A stretch of DNA of 64,000 nt. Source: Candidatus Latescibacterota bacterium. Its GTDB lineage: Bacteria > Latescibacterota > UBA2968 > GCA-2709665. Position 1 is the stretch's first letter. The number at the start of each line of letters is the position of its first letter. The notes under the pieces are model-generated. The model ran no database searches and was not told where the DNA came from. It saw only the letters and a list, made by a program, of their open reading frames with translations. Below are positions 1 to 10,026 of this stretch, one piece after another. A program made the translations under genes and the position numbers. The stretch covers positions 1,056,001 to 1,120,000 of the forward strand of contig OZ242180.1 of assembly GCA_965205485.1 (NCBI GenBank). The letters run 5' to 3'.

Positions 1-727
1 AACGGGATGACGGCGCGGCCGGAGGCCCGGGGGTCGCGTATTCTCCCCACGACCAGTTGCTGATCCTCACGGGGGACCTGTTCAACGGCGCATTCTCCAG
101 AATCTGCGCGAGATTCTCGCTCCACGTTGGCGCGTAGTACCACGGTGCGCCTTTGCGCCAGTCCTGGCCCGGATTCTCGGCGGAGGAGGGCTGCGTCCTG
201 ATCTCCCCTCCCAGGTACCGCAGTTCCTCATCCATGGCCGGGTCGCCTACCATGGGCACGATCTCGTCGAGCATGTCCGACCGCGGGCCGGTCAATACCA
301 CGTAGAACCCGTTCTTGGAAAAATTATCGTAGGCTCTCGAGCCCTGGAAACTGGATGGAAGGCGCAAGGCCAGGCCAATGCCCTCCCCGTGCGACGTGCT
401 CTCGATCCGCCCTTCGCTGTTGCAGTCGACGCGGAAGAAGGGCAACTGGCTCGCCCAGCCCTGGCCCGTGATGATGTCCCCGCCCACCGTGGCCGGGTAC
501 ACCATGCTGGAAGCCCGTGAGAGCGCCGCGCCGATGGAGCCTCCCTGCGTGCCCAGAGTGGTCACGGAGGTGTACAGCATCCCGCGCTCCAGGGCGGCCC
601 TGCCGGCGGATCCCGGGTGATTCGCCTGGCCCCAGACCTGCCCGGACCAGCATATCGCCAGGACTGCTGCGAACGCCCATCCACCGCACCCTTTCAGGAC
701 GGTGTTCATACGGTTCGGACGCATCAT
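1..727 (-). CDS. Secreted protein, partial (runs off window start)
   Basis: Not in ORF track. AAGGAGG RBS then ATG at 727; frame open to window edge: MMRPNRMNTVLKGCGGWAFAAVLAICWSGQVWGQANHPG..., signal-peptide-like N-terminus; directly downstream of the TBDR. Confidence 0.8.
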   Translation of the reverse strand, partial: MMRPNRMNTVLKGCGGWAFAAVLAICWSGQVWGQANHPGSAGRAALERGMLYTSVTTLGTQGGSIGAALSRASSMVYPATVGGDIITGQGWASQLPFFRVDCNSEGRIESTSHGEGIGLALRLPSSFQGSRAYDNFSKNGFYVVLTGPRSDMLDEIVPMVGDPAMDEELRYLGGEIRTQPSSAENPGQDWRKGAPWYYAPTWSENLAQILENAPLNRSPVRISNWSWGEYATPGPPAAPSSR

Positions 728-772
728 TTCCTCCTTAGCGTGTATAGATCGTCAATGAAGGAATCGCGTGGC

Positions 773-807
773 GGCGGGAACCCGGGCAACCCTCCGGGTT
801 CCCCGCC
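773..807. terminator. Intergenic GC-rich stem-loop (terminator or mRNA-stabilising hairpin)
   Basis: GGCGGGAACCCGG ... CCGGGTTCCCCGCC imperfect inverted repeat after the TBDR stop; no clear U-tract. Confidence 0.5.
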
Positions 808-834
808 TATTCGAAGACTCAATTCCGGAATGGA

Positions 835-3800
835 TCAGAACTGTATTCTCAGACCCATTTCCGTGCGCCGGGGATGGCTGTAGAAGTTCCGGTCGCGCGT
901 ATCCCCGTACTGGATGAATTCGGAGTTGTCCGGCCTGGCCGTATGCAGACCCCAGTTGGTCCAGTCGTTGGTGTTGTACGAACTGTCGTCCTTCTGGTTG
1001 AACAGGTTCCGCACCTCCAGGAAGAGGCTGACGTCGCCGCGCCCCAGACCGAACGGAAAGCGTTTCTCAACGGCGAAGTCGGTCCAGGTGCGGATGGGAC
1101 GCAGCCGCCGTTCGCGGCCGGAATTCGGCGGCGTGTACCAGAACGAACCCGTGTTCTGCATGCGCCAGAGCAGGTTGACCCGCCAGTTGGCAAGGAACTT
1201 GCTTCCGAACACCTTGAAATCGGGTCCGTAGTCCCCCGGCGTGAGATAGAGGAACTGCACGCTGCCCTGGTTGCGGATGTTGCCGCCGTCGGCGTTCAGG
1301 CCGGTCTGATAACCCCTGGCCCAGACGTGGATGTGGTCCAGTTCGAAGTCGTCCAGACCGATGAGCCCGTACTCCCGGGCAGTCATCCGGGTCTGCTCGT
1401 ATCCCCTGCCTCCCGGATTGCCGTCCCGCCGCGCGTTATTCCGGATGACTCTGTTCGCGGTGGCGCCGATCTCCCGGATCTGTTCCACCGTGAGGGGCAC
1501 CGGCACCTCAACCCCGTTCTCCACCCTGTATTCGTACCAATATCGCCCGCTGGCGACGTAGAGGGAGTCCGGATACAGGAAGTTGAACCAGGCGTCGAAG
1601 TTGCCCCATCCGGCCTGGGCCCACGTCATGTTGTACGCAAGGTTGATGGCGAAGTTGTGGCTGAGCGGCTTCCGCAGGGAGAATTCCAGCCCCCGCTGTT
1701 CTTCGAACCCGTTATTGTGCAGGATCCGTGCATAGGGATGCACCCAGCCCGGCCTGTGCGGGGCGTAAAAGCGCACGTCGGAATGGTAGTGGTACTGGTC
1801 CTTCGCGCTCTTGTAGTACAGAGCGATCGCGCCGGTGTAGTCCTGTACGAAGTTCCAGTCGGCCCCCACCTCCATCGACACGGTCTTTTCGGGTCGGATT
1901 TCGGTCGTGCCCTGTCCGCTGCGAATGGGGTAGGACGGCCGCATGGCGTTGTAGCGCTCACCCGGGTCGATCGCGCCGTTCCCGTTCCAGTCCTGGTCCG
2001 GACCCGACGTCCGCCAGTCCCCGTTGAACAGATAGTAGATATCGGGATAGGCCAGGAAAAGACCCGCGAAATAGTGCATGGACGATCGGGCCGTGATCGG
2101 ATGCGACACACCCACCCGCGGGCTCAGGTTCTTGAACACGACCGGTTCGCGGTGGGGCGCATTCTGGAATCTCAGCGGCGAATTGTACATGGGCGAGAAC
2201 GCGTAAGCGCCCGAAGCCGGGAACTTCGACACCGGATCAAACAGGTCCAGACGCAGGCCGGCATTGATGACCATGCCTTCGAACTCCATCTTGTCCTGCG
2301 CGTAGATGGCAAGGTGCTGAGGCTTGACGGGTGCTCCGACCACGCCCTGCTCGCCCGCGAACTCCAGCCGCCTGGCCTGTGCGCTCTCTCCCGTGTAGCG
2401 GGTGAGATACATGCTGTACTTGATGAACTCGAAACCGGCCTTCACGAAATGCCCCTTCGTGATCTGGCTGGCCAGATCCAGCTTGACCTGGTACCGCTTC
2501 CGGTCCGCAACCTGGTAGTGGCGGACATCCCGGTCCACGGCGAACCATCCGTCCGCATCCGTACGCACGTCCGACGTTCTCGCCGCGATATCGCTGGTGT
2601 CATCAACGGTTGAATAGCGCGATATCCGCAGGTCGTAGAACGTCCTGGGCGAGAGAGAATGGGTGATTGCCAGGTATTGCATATTGTGGGTCGTGCTCAT
2701 CTTGCCCGCCGCGCTCCAGTCAACCGGCAGGAATATGTTCTTGCCTGAGCCGCGGATGACGCCGCTGGAGGTACCCGCGGACCGCTCGTTCCGCCATGAA
2801 TCCCGGTCGGTTCCGATAAACTTCTTGTTGTACTCTAACAGACCGCCGATCTTCATCTTTACGTTTTCGGATGCACGTACGGTGACGCTGTACGATCCCT
2901 GATAATTATTCAAAGAAGGAACGAACCGCCCGATGTCGTCATAGTAGCCCCGCTCCGTCCCCGAAGGATAGACGGGCGCCTTCCGTGCCGTCTTGCCCGA
3001 AACGATGAACGAAGCGCTCTTGGAAAGCGGCCCCGAGACATTCCCCTCCACCTCATGGCCGGTGATTTCATCGTAGTCCGAGCGCTGGTGGACGAGTCGA
3101 CCCGTCTCCGGGTCCCGCTCGTTCTGCCACTCGCCCTCGCCCCATTTCATTTTGTCGAGATGCGACGGGCTATCGTAGACGTTTGCGCCCCAGTGTTTCT
3201 GCCCCGGCGGCGTCCGCCGGTACTCGCCCCATCCGTGGAAGTTCTGGCTTCCGTCTTTCGTGATAATGCTGACAACGCCGGCCTGGGCGTTGCCGTACTC
3301 GGCGTTCATCCCGCCCGTAACCACGGAAATCTCCTGGACGGTGGACCGGTTGATGGCCTTCCAGTTGTGGGACCCGGCGCCGTCGCTGTTCACGATTTTC
3401 ACGCCGTCCACGTAATAGGCCACGTCTCCGCCCGTGCGGCTCCGCCATTCCCCGGGCCGGTTGCTACCCCGCATGCGGTCGGAGCCGTCGAGATGCACGC
3501 CCGGCTGCAGCGTGATCATCTCGCTGGTGGTGCGCACGATGGGAAGCTGCTCGATCTCATCGGCGCCGACGATGTACTTGCTGAAGGTCTTGTCGACCTC
3601 CACCGGAGGACGTTCCGCCTTTACAACCATCTCACCGAGTTCAAGCGTCGCCTCCTGCAGCGTAAAATCTACCTCCGTGGTCACGTCGGCCTGCACGCGC
3701 ACGTCCGTCAGTGACTCGGTCTGGTATCCGATCAGGGACGCCTTGAGCGTATACAGCCCCGGATCGGCGCGGAGAATCACGTAGAACCCCTCCGCATCGG

Positions 3801-3975
3801 CCGTCGATCCGATGTTGAGTCCCTCGACGACCACGTTGGAGCCAGGCAGCGGTTCTCCCTGGTTGTCAAGAACCTTTCCAACAATCTTTCCGGTCGTTCC
3901 GGCCCAGACGCTACCGCTGAACGCCAGTGCCGTGCAGAGGGAAAGAATCCCGAAAAACAAAACACACCTCTTCAT
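835..3975 (-). CDS. TonB-dependent receptor with N-terminal carboxypeptidase-regulatory-like domain
   Basis: Signal peptide; GTTGKIVGKVLD..GEPLPGSNVVVEG; plug motif VQEISVVTGGMNAEYGNAQAGVVSIITKDG; C-terminal Phe. Start at MKRCVLFF after GGAGG. Confidence 0.92.
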   Translation of the reverse strand: MKRCVLFFGILSLCTALAFSGSVWAGTTGKIVGKVLDNQGEPLPGSNVVVEGLNIGSTADAEGFYVILRADPGLYTLKASLIGYQTESLTDVRVQADVTTEVDFTLQEATLELGEMVVKAERPPVEVDKTFSKYIVGADEIEQLPIVRTTSEMITLQPGVHLDGSDRMRGSNRPGEWRSRTGGDVAYYVDGVKIVNSDGAGSHNWKAINRSTVQEISVVTGGMNAEYGNAQAGVVSIITKDGSQNFHGWGEYRRTPPGQKHWGANVYDSPSHLDKMKWGEGEWQNERDPETGRLVHQRSDYDEITGHEVEGNVSGPLSKSASFIVSGKTARKAPVYPSGTERGYYDDIGRFVPSLNNYQGSYSVTVRASENVKMKIGGLLEYNKKFIGTDRDSWRNERSAGTSSGVIRGSGKNIFLPVDWSAAGKMSTTHNMQYLAITHSLSPRTFYDLRISRYSTVDDTSDIAARTSDVRTDADGWFAVDRDVRHYQVADRKRYQVKLDLASQITKGHFVKAGFEFIKYSMYLTRYTGESAQARRLEFAGEQGVVGAPVKPQHLAIYAQDKMEFEGMVINAGLRLDLFDPVSKFPASGAYAFSPMYNSPLRFQNAPHREPVVFKNLSPRVGVSHPITARSSMHYFAGLFLAYPDIYYLFNGDWRTSGPDQDWNGNGAIDPGERYNAMRPSYPIRSGQGTTEIRPEKTVSMEVGADWNFVQDYTGAIALYYKSAKDQYHYHSDVRFYAPHRPGWVHPYARILHNNGFEEQRGLEFSLRKPLSHNFAINLAYNMTWAQAGWGNFDAWFNFLYPDSLYVASGRYWYEYRVENGVEVPVPLTVEQIREIGATANRVIRNNARRDGNPGGRGYEQTRMTAREYGLIGLDDFELDHIHVWARGYQTGLNADGGNIRNQGSVQFLYLTPGDYGPDFKVFGSKFLANWRVNLLWRMQNTGSFWYTPPNSGRERRLRPIRTWTDFAVEKRFPFGLGRGDVSLFLEVRNLFNQKDDSSYNTNDWTNWGLHTARPDNSEFIQYGDTRDRNFYSHPRRTEMGLRIQF

Positions 3976-4071
3976 TGCCGAACCTCCGTTTGTATGGTTT
4001 AACAGATTCTCTTCCGCCATCCGCGCCCGATTCGGATTACAGCTCCTCCTTTCCCGGGCGCCACAGGCGCG

Positions 4072-4818
4072 TTAATCTCTTCCCGATTCGTAAAATTTGA
4101 CGGCGACTTCCAGATCCAGCGTCTGCAGCAGCGGCATCACACCCTTGATGCCCCAGGCTTCCCGAGGACCGAGCGTACCGACCAGGAAATTGTGCTGAAC
4201 CCGGAAATCCAGTGAAAAATTGTTCGACATGAACCGTTCGACGCCGAACCCGAAATGGGCCCCGAGCGCCCACCGGCTCTCCTCCACCGGTTCGAGAACC
4301 ACGCTTGGGTCCAGCATATTCTCTTCCGAGCCCTCGACAGGGATGCCTTTCTGCCCGGGATAAATCAGACCGCTCACACGATTGCTGTAACTGTGAAAAC
4401 CTCCGCCGGCGACCACGTAAGGTGACGTTCCCTGGTTATAGAAAAGGCGTGATTTGTCGCCGAGTCGGAAGATCATGTTGCAAAGCACGCTGTTCATCCG
4501 CATGCTGGCTTCGGAGTCCGGGCTCGCGTAATCCTTCGAATCTTCGTTCCAGGTGAACGTCTGGTTCTCAATCTTGCCGTCTTTGTATTCGAGCCGGTGA
4601 TATTCGAACTCGAGCGCGTTGTTGATATTCCGGTTGTAAACAACGCTGCCGCCCCATCGTACGGCCTGCGTATACCAGTTGGTCCGCAACCCCATAACGG
4701 GCAGGTTGTATCCCAACAACATCCGCCCTCCTATCCGGTCGAACTCCCGCGCGCCGGTATCCGGTGCGAGAAGAGCCACCAGAAGCCCGGCAACAGCCGC
4801 AACCCTCCATGTGCCCAT
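4072..4818 (-). CDS. Outer membrane beta-barrel protein
   Basis: Signal peptide, amphipathic strands, SPYVVAGGG and GAHFGFGVERF motifs; AAGGAGG RBS. Confidence 0.7.
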   Translation of the reverse strand: MGTWRVAAVAGLLVALLAPDTGAREFDRIGGRMLLGYNLPVMGLRTNWYTQAVRWGGSVVYNRNINNALEFEYHRLEYKDGKIENQTFTWNEDSKDYASPDSEASMRMNSVLCNMIFRLGDKSRLFYNQGTSPYVVAGGGFHSYSNRVSGLIYPGQKGIPVEGSEENMLDPSVVLEPVEESRWALGAHFGFGVERFMSNNFSLDFRVQHNFLVGTLGPREAWGIKGVMPLLQTLDLEVAVKFYESGRD

Positions 4819-5116
4819 AGACTGCCCTCCTTATAATGATGGATCAGGCCGAAAGCGTGCCGCCGGTAATCCTTTCAGGACCTGGTCCGTTTGCAGTACT
4901 CTGGCTCAACCTGTCACCAATTCCCCCGGCAACGTACCCGTCGTGACTTCGGTTGCCCGTTGGGCGGCATCCGGAACGGGCGTCCCCAAATACCGGAGGA
5001 GGGCCGAAAATTGCAGATACGGCAATACGGTGCCCCTCCCACAGAGAAAGCCCTCGCGATGCCGTTTCGATACCCGCATAACGGCGCGGATACGCTACTA
5101 AAACATATTATATGGC

Positions 5117-5146
5117 ATGATAAACCCGGTCGGCATATCTTGTCAA
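5117..5146 (-). promoter_or_regulatory. Putative sigma70 promoter for the OMP-TBDR operon
   Basis: Minus strand TTGACA-18 nt-TATCAT in an AT-rich patch. Confidence 0.5.
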
Positions 5147-5225
5147 GAGAAAAAAACGGTGATTTTTTTCAATTCGCCACACCGGCCGTACTAACCGGCG
5201 CGGCGGGGTCGTGCGTGTACAGCGC

Positions 5226-5250
5226 GGGCGCCCACAAGGGACGCCCCTAC
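5226..5250 (-). repeat. GTAG-type REP-like palindrome
   Basis: Minus strand GTAGGGGCGTCCCTTGTGGGCGCCC. Confidence 0.7.
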
Positions 5251-5413
5251 AACCTCAACGCGGCCGCGAGATCCGGTAACGCGAATTGGCAATTCGTGGT
5301 ACCCGCAGAGGTGTCGCAAAATGCGTCGCTACTGTCGCATTTCGCGACAATCGGAGGGCCGATTTACGCTTCTTGGCCAATCGCGCCGCCATCCACTCCA
5401 CGGTCAAAGGGGC

Positions 5414-5442
5414 TTGCAATCCCTTCCGGTATGGTTTAGACT
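5414..5442 (+). promoter_or_regulatory. Putative sigma70 promoter
   Basis: TTGCAA-17 nt-TAGACT, which favours a CDS start at 5510. Confidence 0.45.
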
Positions 5443-5509
5443 TGGGATGAAGGGTTTTGCGAAGCCGGACCGTTCGATTTCATGTCCGATACGGGAATGG
5501 ATTCCTCCG

Positions 5510-7618
5510 ATGGTCGATCCCGGGGCGCCGCGGTTGATTCTGTCTGACTGCGAACTGGATGAGTTGCGCAATCGCAGCGCTTCGTCACACGCCCGGTTCT
5601 TCCGCGCAATGGTCGATGACCTGAACGGCCGGTTGCCTGTCGATCCGCCCGACACGCTATGGGACCTTGAGGAGCCCGCGTACAGCGATCTCCTCGAGAT
5701 CTGTTTTTCTCTGGTGGTGAACTGTGGCATTGCCTGGCAGGTCACCGGCGACGGGCGGTGGAGCGGACTGGCCGAACGCTGGCTGGCGCGATGGGTCGAG
5801 GTGGACAGCGCGGGCGACGAGCAGGTCAGGTCCTCATATCTGGTGGCCTTTCACGTGATGGCGCTTGCCTATGGCGTGGACCTTTTCGGGCGTGTCCTGC
5901 CGGAACCGCTGGTACAGCGCGCGGTCGAGGTGTTGCGGGTCGAGACCGGCCGGATGGTCCGGTGCATGGATTCCGGCGAGGCAGGCTGGAGCCGGCGATA
6001 CCACTACCACGACTGCTGGGTGCCGGTCTTCGGCGCCGGCGTCGGCTGTCTGGCCCTGTTGCCCTACGCGCCCGAAGCCGGGTCGTGGTTGACCACAGTT
6101 GAAAGAGAGGTCGAGTGGATCGTTTCCATTCAAGGTGAGGACGGGGCCTGGAACGAAGGCGTGGCGCCTCTGAACTATGCGTTGGGGCCGATGCTGTTCT
6201 ACCTGGAGGGCAAGAAGAGGGTCTTCGGGGAGAATGCGTTTGACATTCCATGGCTGACGGCGCTGTCCCGCTGGCGCGCGTACCACCTGCTTCCGGACGG
6301 AAGCTATGTATTCCTTGACGACTCGACGCCCAGCGGCCGGTACCACGGGGAGACCGGCGGGGTTGTGGCTTTTCAGCTGTACAAACTCGCGGCCGAGTTC
6401 AACGACGGCCTTGCGCAGTGGCAGGCGGAGCGGGAGTCCGCCCGCCCGTTCCTGAAAGACTACCACGACTACGGCTGGAGCTTCCTGTGGTACGACCCCG
6501 GCGTTGAAGCGAAACCTCCGGACGGATTGCCGGCGGCCGCCGCATTCCCTTCGATGGGTCAGTTTTTCTCCCGCACGGGATCTGACGAGGGCGCATCCGT
6601 CCTCAGCTTCGAGTGTACCGTACCCGGTGGGCCCCTGGCACAGTCCCGGCTGGACGAAGGACTTCCGATACAGACCGTAACGCAGAACAAGCACGCCCAC
6701 TATAAGGACCGTGCGGCTTTTACGTACTTTATAAACGGTCACTATTTCTTCCGGCCTTCAGGATATTTCCGGTTCGACACGGCGTTCAAGAATACGCTCA
6801 CCTTCGACGGCCGGGGACAGTCGGTCGAACCCGATACCGGCGGTGAGATGTCGGGCGTTTATCCCGGCGATGAGGACGTGTATTCGGCCGCGCGTTGCCA
6901 GGCGGCGGGCGCGTACCCCGAAGTGCCGGGTCTGTCCGCCTTCGAGCGGACCGTGTTGCACGCGAGGGACAGCCACGCCGTATTCGTGCTGGATCGCGTC
7001 CGGTTCTCCGGCCACGAGTCGCGCTCCGTGGAAGCCCACTTTCACGTCGGACATGACGTCGATACCCGGATAGACGCGAACGGATCGCTCCGGCTGGAGA
7101 CGCCATCCGGTCAGGCCTGCCGGCTCTTTCAGGCGTCGTCGCGGGCAGCGGCATTCGAACGGGTACCGCAACCGGTCGACCCCTTTTGGAAAGAGTACCT
7201 GTCCGGCTACGACATCCCGCCGGAAGACCTGGAGGCGATGGATCAGGTGGACCTTCGCTTCCGGTTCAAGATGGCCGGCGAGACGTCGCTCGACGTCCTG
7301 TGGGCGATTCTGCCTTTCAGCTCGGACTACGTTGCGGGACAACGGGCCGGAGGTTCGATGATCTCCTTCTGGTACAAAGTTCCGGGCCGAGCGCCTCTGC
7401 TGGTTCTGGCGCCACCCGTGGAGGAAGCCCCCGGTCCGATCCGCGGACCGTTGCTTCCGAAGCGTCCTGAAAGCATCTACATCCTGGGCGGCCCGCCCGG
7501 AGGCGGAATCAGGCTTTTACTGGAGCACCATGACCGCGAAAGATGGGGAACGGTGCTCGGCGAGGGCCCGGCATATACGCTCACCGAGGCCGGAACGGCC
7601 ATAATCAAGCGCGACTGA
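5510..7618 (+). CDS. Heparinase II/III-like (alginate-lyase-like) protein
   Basis: Helical N-half, EDGAWNEG, AAAFPSMGQFFSRTG, HAHYKD, KNTLTFDG, VFVLDRV; start uncertain. Confidence 0.7.
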   Translation: MVDPGAPRLILSDCELDELRNRSASSHARFFRAMVDDLNGRLPVDPPDTLWDLEEPAYSDLLEICFSLVVNCGIAWQVTGDGRWSGLAERWLARWVEVDSAGDEQVRSSYLVAFHVMALAYGVDLFGRVLPEPLVQRAVEVLRVETGRMVRCMDSGEAGWSRRYHYHDCWVPVFGAGVGCLALLPYAPEAGSWLTTVEREVEWIVSIQGEDGAWNEGVAPLNYALGPMLFYLEGKKRVFGENAFDIPWLTALSRWRAYHLLPDGSYVFLDDSTPSGRYHGETGGVVAFQLYKLAAEFNDGLAQWQAERESARPFLKDYHDYGWSFLWYDPGVEAKPPDGLPAAAAFPSMGQFFSRTGSDEGASVLSFECTVPGGPLAQSRLDEGLPIQTVTQNKHAHYKDRAAFTYFINGHYFFRPSGYFRFDTAFKNTLTFDGRGQSVEPDTGGEMSGVYPGDEDVYSAARCQAAGAYPEVPGLSAFERTVLHARDSHAVFVLDRVRFSGHESRSVEAHFHVGHDVDTRIDANGSLRLETPSGQACRLFQASSRAAAFERVPQPVDPFWKEYLSGYDIPPEDLEAMDQVDLRFRFKMAGETSLDVLWAILPFSSDYVAGQRAGGSMISFWYKVPGRAPLLVLAPPVEEAPGPIRGPLLPKRPESIYILGGPPGGGIRLLLEHHDRERWGTVLGEGPAYTLTEAGTAIIKRD

Positions 7619-7667
7619 GCGCAGCGCGGGGGTTGGCCCCCGACAATGCGACACGGAGGCAGGGGCT

Positions 7668-8258
7668 GTGAGAATCGAAGCGATCTGGGAAAAGAAGCAG
7701 GAATACATTCCGGTGGTAATGGTCAGGGAAGACCTCACGGACCTCCCTGTGTATCCGCTTCCCGAGGGGTACCGCCTCCGCTACTACCGGGCTGGAGAAG
7801 ACCACCTCTGGGCGGAAATCGAAGTCGCCGTGGCGTCGTTCGATACGATGGACGGGGCGCTTGCCGGCTTCGAACGCGAGTTCGGCCATGGCAGGGACCG
7901 GATGGAGGAACGGTGCCTGTATCTGGAAGCCCCGGACGGGAAGGTGATCGGCACAAGCACGGCGTGGTACAACGATGCATTCAACGGAAGGGACTACGGC
8001 CGCATCCACTGGATCGCCATCCGTCCGGAGTATCAGGGCAGGGGACTCGCCAGGCCGCTTCTGTCGGCCTCGCTTCGGCGGATCGTGGACTTCCACGAGC
8101 GCGCGTACCTGACCACCCAGACCACCAGTGCACGCGCGATCAACCTGTACCTGGACTTCGACTTCATCCCGTTTGAGACGTACAGTCGATGCAAAGAGGG
8201 ATGGACGTGGCTCGCGTCCTTCCTGGATCATCCGTCTCTCGCCGGGTACCGCGGCTGA
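7668..8258 (+). CDS. GNAT N-acetyltransferase
   Basis: IAIRPEYQGRGLA acetyl-CoA motif; AINLYLDFDF. Confidence 0.9.
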   Translation: MRIEAIWEKKQEYIPVVMVREDLTDLPVYPLPEGYRLRYYRAGEDHLWAEIEVAVASFDTMDGALAGFEREFGHGRDRMEERCLYLEAPDGKVIGTSTAWYNDAFNGRDYGRIHWIAIRPEYQGRGLARPLLSASLRRIVDFHERAYLTTQTTSARAINLYLDFDFIPFETYSRCKEGWTWLASFLDHPSLAGYRG

Positions 8259-8332
8259 CCGGAAGAGGGGCGCGGCGGCGACCGCCTCTGATATTCGTAC
8301 AAACATCGCCTGTTTTAAGGGAGACTCCCCAG

Positions 8333-9208
8333 ATGGCAAAGAAACCCTGGTCACCGGAAGGAAAGACCGTCGTCAGGAAAAGCGACATCATCGAAGGGCT
8401 TCGAAACCTGGGTGTGAATCCCGGCGACGCCGTGTTTTTCCACAATTCCCTGAGCAGTATGGGTTACGTGGAGGGCGGCGCGGAAACTGTGATCGATGCG
8501 TTTCTCGAGGCGGTAGGGCCCCGGGGCACGATCGCGGTGCATACGTGTCATTTCAACGGATGGCACTGTGAATATGTACTTAACAGCGGAAGTCCGGCAT
8601 TCGACGTTCGACGCTCGCCCTCGAGGATGGGCCGCATCACTGAAGTCTTCCGGCATCATCCGGATGCCGTGCGATGCCTGGACTCCAGCAATCCGATGTG
8701 TGCGATCGGGCGCCAGGCCGAGCACCTCGCGGAAGGCGCGGTCCGCTGTTTAACCCCGTGCGGACGGGATACGGCCTGGGGCAAGCTGGGCGAAATCGAC
8801 GCGCATTACATGTTCCTGGGAACGGGATGGACCAGCTGCACCATGATGCACGCCTGTGAGGAATACGGGCACGCGCCCTATGCGCTGATGGACGAGCCCT
8901 CCCGGCTGGAGGTGGCGGACGAGCGGGGCCGGATCCACGTCCACGTTCAGAAGGTGCATACGCCGAACGTGCCCAGGGACTACTTTCTGATGGAGCCCGA
9001 GATGCAGAAGTTGGGCCTCGTTCAGTACGGATCGATCGGCGATGCGAGAGTGACGTTGATGAACGCCCGGGAACTGATTGACGCCGGCACCCGGTGTATC
9101 GTGGAAGACCCCGGATTCCTGTTGAGGGACCGCAGTTTCCTGGAGCACTGCAGGGACCATCAAAGAGGACTCATTCCTCCTGGATATACGGGCGTTTCCG
9201 ACGTTTAG
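8333..9208 (+). CDS. AAC(3)-family N-acetyltransferase
   Basis: LGVNPGDAVFFHNSLSSMG, MGRITEVFR, TMMHACEE. Confidence 0.88.
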   Translation: MAKKPWSPEGKTVVRKSDIIEGLRNLGVNPGDAVFFHNSLSSMGYVEGGAETVIDAFLEAVGPRGTIAVHTCHFNGWHCEYVLNSGSPAFDVRRSPSRMGRITEVFRHHPDAVRCLDSSNPMCAIGRQAEHLAEGAVRCLTPCGRDTAWGKLGEIDAHYMFLGTGWTSCTMMHACEEYGHAPYALMDEPSRLEVADERGRIHVHVQKVHTPNVPRDYFLMEPEMQKLGLVQYGSIGDARVTLMNARELIDAGTRCIVEDPGFLLRDRSFLEHCRDHQRGLIPPGYTGVSDV

Positions 9209-9233
9209 AGTGACAGAGCCGACGGAGGTAGGA

Positions 9234-9929
9234 ATGCAAATCTTGCCTAACATCTATCTCGCCGACGGGTTCGCTTACGCCCAACACCCGAATTTCTACG
9301 TGCTGCACAGCCGGGAAGGCACGATCATGGTCGACTCGGGGTCGGTTCCCGGCGACCTGGACCGGGCCGAATCGCAGCTGGCCTTGTGGGGAATCTCGCT
9401 GGAAAAAGTGGATTACCTGTTGCTGACCCACAGCCACTACGACCACATCGGCAACGCGGCGGCGATCCGTGAACGCGGCGCCTTCGTCATCGCCGGGCCC
9501 GGCGACGCCGAGGGGGTCGAGAACTCGGACGCCCGCACGATTCCGTACGCCGCCGGGTTCCGCCTGCCGGCCTGCAAGGTGGACCGGGTGGTCGAGGACG
9601 GCGACGTCATCGACGCCTGCGGATTCCGGTTCGAGGTCATCCACGCCCCCGGACACACCAACGGGTGTGTCATCTACCGGTTCGAACACGCCGGAAAGAC
9701 CATCTGGCTGGCCGGCGACGTGTTGTTCTGCGGAAACACGAACTACCAGCCGGAACTGGGCTGGCAGGGAGGCGAAGAGTTCGACAAACCCACGTATATT
9801 CGGACCCTGAAAAGGCTTTCCACGCTGCACGTGGACTGTATCCTGTCAGGGCATCATATGCCGTATCTGCGAGACGGGTTCAGACTGGTTGGGCGCGCGT
9901 ACGCGAAGGCGCTGATCGAATGGCGATAG
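9234..9929 (+). CDS. MBL-fold metallo-hydrolase
   Basis: THSHYDHIG, HAPGHT, AGD, SGH. Confidence 0.92.
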   Translation: MQILPNIYLADGFAYAQHPNFYVLHSREGTIMVDSGSVPGDLDRAESQLALWGISLEKVDYLLLTHSHYDHIGNAAAIRERGAFVIAGPGDAEGVENSDARTIPYAAGFRLPACKVDRVVEDGDVIDACGFRFEVIHAPGHTNGCVIYRFEHAGKTIWLAGDVLFCGNTNYQPELGWQGGEEFDKPTYIRTLKRLSTLHVDCILSGHHMPYLRDGFRLVGRAYAKALIEWR

Positions 9930-10026
9930 GTACAGGGCCGCAAAAAGGCAATTGCCACAAAGGGCACAAAAACACAAGAGGGCCTGGCAGTCCAAAGTCG
10001 TCGTTTTCGAAACGTCCAGGACAGCA

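Noticed and set aside
874..2613. Long antisense ORFs (also 12209-13657, 27597-28838, 59241-60686)
   Set aside because: Shadow frames of motif-supported genes in GC-rich DNA
4819..5110. Cobalamin or other riboswitch in the TBDR operon leader
   Set aside because: B12-box and other core motifs not found on the minus strand
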